Below, in pieces: positions 59,891 to 64,000 of a stretch of DNA of 64,000 nucleotides; the stretch's first letter is position 1, and the number at the start of each line of letters is the position of its first letter. The stretch comes from an uncultured Pseudomonadales bacterium (lineage in GTDB: Bacteria > Patescibacteriota > Microgenomatia > UBA1400 > Chazhemtobacteraceae): assembly GCA_964618725.1 (NCBI GenBank), contig CAZUBK010000005.1:11569-75568 (forward strand), read 5' to 3'. The position numbers and the translations under genes are program-made. The notes beneath the pieces are model-generated. The model did not search any database. It worked only from the letters and a program-made list of their open reading frames with translations, and was not told the DNA's origin.

Positions 59891-61004
59891 ATTCCACGAT
59901 ATCCCCTTCCTTCATCACATATTCTTTCCCTTCCAACCTCATCTTTCCCTTTTCAGCACAACCCTTCCACCCGTTAAGCTCCACAAAATCGTCATAATCA
60001 CAGACTTTTGCCTTGATAAACTTCTTTTCAAAATCAGTATGGATTACCCCCGCGGCATTAGGCGCCTTGGCGCCCTTTTTCACCGTCCAAGCCCGCACCT
60101 CTTTCTCCCCCGCCGTCAAAAAACTCATCAACCCAAGTTTGCCGTATGCCAATCTGATCAATCGATCCAACCCCGATTCTGATATTTCATATTCAGAAAG
60201 TAACTCTCTAGCCGCCTCTTTTCCGAGCCCAGCCAACTCACTCTCCAGTTTTGCGTTCAGGGCCACTATTGGCATCCCCAAACTTTTTCCTAGCTCTTCT
60301 TCAATCTTATTCCCCTCTAGCATCTGTCCCTCACTTATATTCACCACTCCTACTTCGTCCTTCATTGTCAGCAAAAACAGACTCTCTACATACTCCAACT
60401 CTTTTCCAGCCATTGCCAGGCTTTTCGCCAACTTGCCCTCATTCAGGTGATCCAATAATCTTCTCCAAAAAGCTATCCACTCTCCACCCATCTTTTTCAC
60501 CACCCCCTCCTGTTTTTGCACCGTCTCTAAGTCTTTTAGAATTAACTCAGCAACAACCACATTGTAATCACTTGTCGGTTCAGTTGCTCCTTCCCTTAGA
60601 ATTTCACCATCCTCAAAGTATCTCAATACATGACAAATCAAGTCAACTTCTCTAATTGATGCCAAGAATTTATTTCCCAGTCCCTCACCACTCGCCGCTC
60701 CCTTAACCAATCCGGCAATATCAATGAATTCTACCGTCGCTGGCACAACGGGGGGTTTTTCCCATGTCTTTCCAAACGTAGTGCCTGTCATTCCGAGCGA
60801 AGTCGAGAAATCCCTTTTAGTAATCACGTCAACCAAAATTTCCAATCGCTCATCAGGTACGGGAACAATCCCAATATTCGGCTCAATTGTGGCAAAGGGG
60901 TAATTAGCCGCCAATGCCTGCTGTTTACCCAGTAACGCATTAAAAAGCGTACTCTTCCCTACATTAGGCAGTCCTACTATTCCAATCTTTAGTCCCATTT
61001 TCAT
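59874..61004 (-). CDS. ychF: ribosome-binding ATPase YchF (Obg-family)
   Basis: It has GLPNVGKSTLFNAL, ANYPFATIEPN and a C-terminal TGS domain. Confidence 0.9.
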   Translation of the reverse strand: MKMGLKIGIVGLPNVGKSTLFNALLGKQQALAANYPFATIEPNIGIVPVPDERLEILVDVITKRDFSTSLGMTGTTFGKTWEKPPVVPATVEFIDIAGLVKGAASGEGLGNKFLASIREVDLICHVLRYFEDGEILREGATEPTSDYNVVVAELILKDLETVQKQEGVVKKMGGEWIAFWRRLLDHLNEGKLAKSLAMAGKELEYVESLFLLTMKDEVGVVNISEGQMLEGNKIEEELGKSLGMPIVALNAKLESELAGLGKEAARELLSEYEISESGLDRLIRLAYGKLGLMSFLTAGEKEVRAWTVKKGAKAPNAAGVIHTDFEKKFIKAKVCDYDDFVELNGWKGCAEKGKMRLEGKEYVMKEGDIVEFMIGT

Positions 61005-61093
61005 AGAAACCCATTGACAATCATGTTATTATACTCCCAAATCTAACCGAAGACTGGCCGTATCGGTAAGCTGATCGAAAGATCTAGGTTCTT

Positions 61094-61116
61094 CCACCCC
61101 TTTGCGGGTGGTTTTT
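61094..61116 (+). terminator. terminator-like hairpin ccaccc cttt gc gggtgg plus T5 in an ORF-free region
   Basis: Read directly. Confidence 0.35.
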
Positions 61117-61238
61117 ATATTAAGTCTCAATGGGAAGAGTTGCGTTACATGCTATACTACAAATGCTCGAATACATCCGTATGGTTGGTGATCCAAATAG
61201 GATCTAGAGACAGCCCACCTCTTAGCAATGTGGGATAG

Positions 61239-61263
61239 CCAGGTCATAGACAACCTGGTTTTT
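61239..61263 (+). terminator. terminator-like hairpin ccaggt...acctgg plus T5 in an ORF-free region
   Basis: Read directly. Confidence 0.35.
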
Positions 61264-61433
61264 CTATATCTCCTTAATAATATTCCCTGCCTTGAATTTC
61301 TTAACCATTTCTAAAGCAAAACCATCCTTTTCATATACTTCCCTTAAAAATCCAGAAACTGATCTCGAACCGCTCTTCGCTCTTTGGCCAGGTTGCTGTA
61401 AAATAGTCCAAAGCACTTTACAAGGAGGCGATC

Positions 61434-61640
61434 ATGCACATTTTTCCGCTCAAACGACTCACAGCCATCCTCATCATTAGCACCATCAACCAAGCCCGTT
61501 TAGCCGGCCAAGAGTTACCTTTCACCTATCAAATCATCGGCATTCTAGATCAGGTCTTTGTAATCTGCCCAAATCAAGAATCTGTCATTACTTTCCTCCA
61601 AGTCTGGAAAATAATCCAACAAGCCAACCGCTTTTACTAA
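61434..61640 (+). CDS. hypothetical small protein (68 aa)
   Basis: A strong RBS AAGGAGG sits 5 nt before the ATG, and a 9-bp-stem hairpin follows. Confidence 0.45.
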   Translation: MHIFPLKRLTAILIISTINQARLAGQELPFTYQIIGILDQVFVICPNQESVITFLQVWKIIQQANRFY

Positions 61641-61642
61641 GT

Positions 61643-61666
61643 GAAGGGACCAATATCGGTCCCTTC
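61643..61666. terminator. hairpin gaagggacc aatatc ggtcccttc between convergent genes
   Basis: Read directly. Confidence 0.4.
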
Positions 61667-61701
61667 ACCCATTCTGTTTCAAGTCAACAAGAAAACTCTG
61701 T

Positions 61702-61893
61702 TCACTTCCCTTCCGGAATCACTAACCAGCAGATTAGATAGGGCACTAGACCGGGAATTCCACCAGGAATCAGAAGAAATACCCAAATAAGGCGCATTAC
61801 CGTCACATCTACCCCCATATAATCAGCCAATCCCCTACATACCCCAGCTATCTTCCTTCCTTTAACTGGTCTTACAAGTTTCCTGATTGCCAT
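61702..61893 (-). CDS. PspC-domain membrane protein
   Basis: IAGVCRGLADYMGVDVTVMRLIWVFLLI matches the PspC domain. Confidence 0.7.
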   Translation of the reverse strand: MAIRKLVRPVKGRKIAGVCRGLADYMGVDVTVMRLIWVFLLIPGGIPGLVPYLICWLVIPEGK

Positions 61894-61924
61894 ACCACCA
61901 ATATATCATTTTCTCTCTTTGCAA

Positions 61925-62371
61925 CTATCTCTTAGCTAATCCGTTCTCGATCAATATCTCTATCTGGTCCCCAATTATATTCTCCGGCAACTCTCCAAAT
62001 ATACCCACCCTTTCTCCCTCCCCATTCACCCCTGGCAATTCTTCGCTTGTCTCACACAGAAACAACATCCCGACAGGCCAACCCAGTCCTCCATCCTTGG
62101 CAATATTGGGATAATGAATATATCCCAGCAGTTTTTTCACCACTACTTTCACTCCCAACTCCTCTTCACCTATTCTCACCGCCGTCTCTTCCAGTCTCTC
62201 TCCCAAGTAGACCGTCCCGCCCGGAATATGCCACATATTCTTCCAACCGTCACTCTTTCGTAGCACCAACACAATCCCTCTTTCTGTCATCACCGCTATC
62301 TCTACATTCAACCTCGGCACCCTACTGTAAATCCCCTCAAACTCCTCCTTTGTCAGCGGTTTCTTTCGCAT
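61925..62371 (-). CDS. NUDIX hydrolase
   Basis: Nudix box GGTVYLGERLEETAVRIGEEELGV. Confidence 0.75.
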   Translation of the reverse strand: MRKKPLTKEEFEGIYSRVPRLNVEIAVMTERGIVLVLRKSDGWKNMWHIPGGTVYLGERLEETAVRIGEEELGVKVVVKKLLGYIHYPNIAKDGGLGWPVGMLFLCETSEELPGVNGEGERVGIFGELPENIIGDQIEILIENGLAKR

Positions 62372-62395
62372 AAGCCTCTATGATATATCATCCCC

Positions 62396-63076
62396 TTATC
62401 TCACCACCAACTTAATTCTCGCTCCATCCACCTTCACCGTTCCCCCACCACTACTCTTAACTTGAATGAAATACTGATTCTGTCCTCGCCAAATCGAGAC
62501 GTTCCCAGAATAAAAACTCGTTCTCACCGTATTAGTCATCGTTCTCTCACTCCCATCAACCGCCCGTCCATTAGTCGCGTCAAAAAGTCTTACATATGCC
62601 GTCCCCGACCCTCCCGGCATCTCAAGCCACCCCTCCCAAGAAGCAGACACCAGCTCTCCATAAAGTGACGTGTCTAACCACTTACTACTTGCCATACTGA
62701 CCCAATCTAACGTACTGTCCATTGTCCCCGCCGGTAAACTAACATACTCTGTTCTCGATATAGGAGTCGGTGTTGGCGCTTTAACCACTGTCTTAATCGG
62801 AGTTACCGTCGGAGTCGGAGTTGGTGTCACCGTTTTCTCGATTACTTGAGCAGGAGAGACTTCCTGAGTTTTTAATCTCGTCTCCACAATCCGTCCCACA
62901 CATTCCCTGTCACACCCCACTTCTCCCTCGATCACTTCCCGCGTATTTGTATTCGTCTCTGTCTGTCGCTTACTCACCAGATACCAATTAATGATCCCTA
63001 CATTTAGCAGCAACACTCCCAGCAGAATAAAGCCATATCTAACAAACCAAGTCCTCATACTCGCCAAGACTATCAT
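62396..63076 (-). CDS. hypothetical membrane-anchored secreted protein with TPTPT linker
   Basis: The start was moved to an internal Met (MIVLASMRTWFV plus TM). The track start at 63292 would overlap the divergent gene by 150 nt. Confidence 0.35.
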   Translation of the reverse strand: MIVLASMRTWFVRYGFILLGVLLLNVGIINWYLVSKRQTETNTNTREVIEGEVGCDRECVGRIVETRLKTQEVSPAQVIEKTVTPTPTPTVTPIKTVVKAPTPTPISRTEYVSLPAGTMDSTLDWVSMASSKWLDTSLYGELVSASWEGWLEMPGGSGTAYVRLFDATNGRAVDGSERTMTNTVRTSFYSGNVSIWRGQNQYFIQVKSSGGGTVKVDGARIKLVVR

Positions 63077-63139
63077 TCCTTTACTATATCGTTTTTTATC
63101 ATTCCATGTTACAATATATAGGACAAACAGGAGGTTCCT

Positions 63140-63526
63140 ATGACTCTTACTTCCGCCTTCACTTCGTACCTTGACCAACTCAAAAGCGATTTCAAAAAGT
63201 ACCGTCTTATTATTGTTCTTCCTCTCGTCTATTTTCTCTCTTTCTTCACCGGTTTCATCGCCGTCTGGCCTACCACCACCAATATTCCCCATTTGGCCCT
63301 TGTCGCCGCCGTTATTCTCTTAATTACCTTTCAGTGGCCGCTTTTTCTTAATTTCACAGTCTTCCCTTCAACTACATTCACAAGATCTACCACCCAATCC
63401 TGGCAACAAACTAAGAAACACTCTCCCAGAGTCCTCTCCGTTCTTACCATCCAATTACTCAATGCCTCCATCTCCGGACTCGGCTTCATTCTCGGTCTGA
63501 AACTCACCAGTTTACTCTTCCACTAG
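63140..63526 (+). CDS. hypothetical membrane protein (128 aa)
   Basis: AGGAGG sits 6 nt before the ATG, and three hydrophobic helices follow. Confidence 0.45.
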   Translation: MTLTSAFTSYLDQLKSDFKKYRLIIVLPLVYFLSFFTGFIAVWPTTTNIPHLALVAAVILLITFQWPLFLNFTVFPSTTFTRSTTQSWQQTKKHSPRVLSVLTIQLLNASISGLGFILGLKLTSLLFH

Positions 63527-63546
63527 CTCCCTCAGAACCGCCTCAT

Positions 63547-64000
63547 TTAGGCGGTTCTTTTTCTAATCTTCACCCCTTCTTCTGTATCCTCCACAGTATA
63601 CCCTCTCTTTTCAATCTCCTCTCGTACTTCATCAGCCTTCTGCCACTTCTTCTCTTTACGAAGCTCTTCCCGTCTCCCCACTAACTCCCGTATTTCTTTA
63701 GGTATCTCCTTTTTGACCACATCTTTAAGTCCAAGACTCAAAACCTCATCAAACTTAAGTAAGCTCGCCTTCTTGGCCGACTCAGGATATTCTGACTTGA
63801 TTAGTTCCCACATCACGGCCAATGCCTGAGGCATATTTAGATCGTCACTAATTGCCTCTTTGAATCGCCCCTCAAACTCGGCACATCCAATTTCTCCTTT
63901 TCCCCAATCACCCACCATTCGAATCAATTTGCGTCTTGCTTCTTTGGCCGCTGACAAAGCTTCCCAAGTAAAGTTAAGTTGCTTTCTGTAATGTCCTGTT
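63547..64000 (-). CDS. cysS: cysteinyl-tRNA synthetase, C-terminal part (5' end outside window)
   Basis: A DALR/anticodon-binding-like region (DDLNMPQALAVMWEL) with a C-terminal coiled-coil. The ORF continues to the window edge. Confidence 0.65.
   Translation of the reverse strand, partial: TGHYRKQLNFTWEALSAAKEARRKLIRMVGDWGKGEIGCAEFEGRFKEAISDDLNMPQALAVMWELIKSEYPESAKKASLLKFDEVLSLGLKDVVKKEIPKEIRELVGRREELRKEKKWQKADEVREEIEKRGYTVEDTEEGVKIRKRTA

Overview
This 64 kb window of low-to-moderate GC DNA (roughly 40-45 percent, judged by eye) reads as bacterial chromosome dominated by housekeeping genes. They are tightly packed, often with 4-8 nt start/stop overlaps, and several are shorter than their classical homologues: pheT, RF1, delta-prime and YebC. 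That pattern fits a streamlined, possibly CPR/Patescibacteria-like genome, but this is an inference. I found no rRNA or tRNA genes and no CRISPR array.

Recognisable genes:
- Ribosomal proteins: rpmI (3' end), rplT, rpsP, rpmE, rpsF-ssb-rpsR, and a probable unlisted bL32.
- Aminoacyl-tRNA synthetases: pheS, pheT, tyrS, hisS, and the 3' end of cysS.
- Replication and repair: recG, dnaB, gyrB, gyrA, a short holB-like delta-prime.
- Other housekeeping genes: nusB, rnc, efp, prfA, tgt, an rluA-family synthase, lspA, lgt, a DksA/TraR-family protein, htrA, ctpA, ychF, a PBP1A, a yebC-family regulator.
- A 12 kb minus-strand type IV pilus locus: pilB, pilT, pilC, a major pilin, pilD, seven further prepilin-type genes, a PilX-like protein, pilM, pilN, pilO.

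Accessory-looking material:
- A tyrosine recombinase flanked by an 11-mer direct repeat, next to a cargo-like hypothetical gene and about 780 bp of noncoding DNA with an orphan terminator.
- An exact consensus sigma70 promoter plus RBS driving a 51-codon ORF antisense to that hypothetical gene.
- A consensus promoter with a GC-rich, hairpin-bearing leader carrying a small Arg/Lys-rich uORF upstream of yebC.
- A composition-atypical segment directly downstream of rpsR. It holds a 48-codon peptide gene, a strong hairpin, an 86-aa PqqD-like ORF and a 545-aa asparagine-synthetase homologue that lacks the N-terminal glutaminase cysteine. I flag it as a candidate lasso-like RiPP locus, followed by a GC-rich secreted-protein gene bracketed by terminators.
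- A 595-aa Cys-rich secreted protein carrying an 18-bp tandem repeat.
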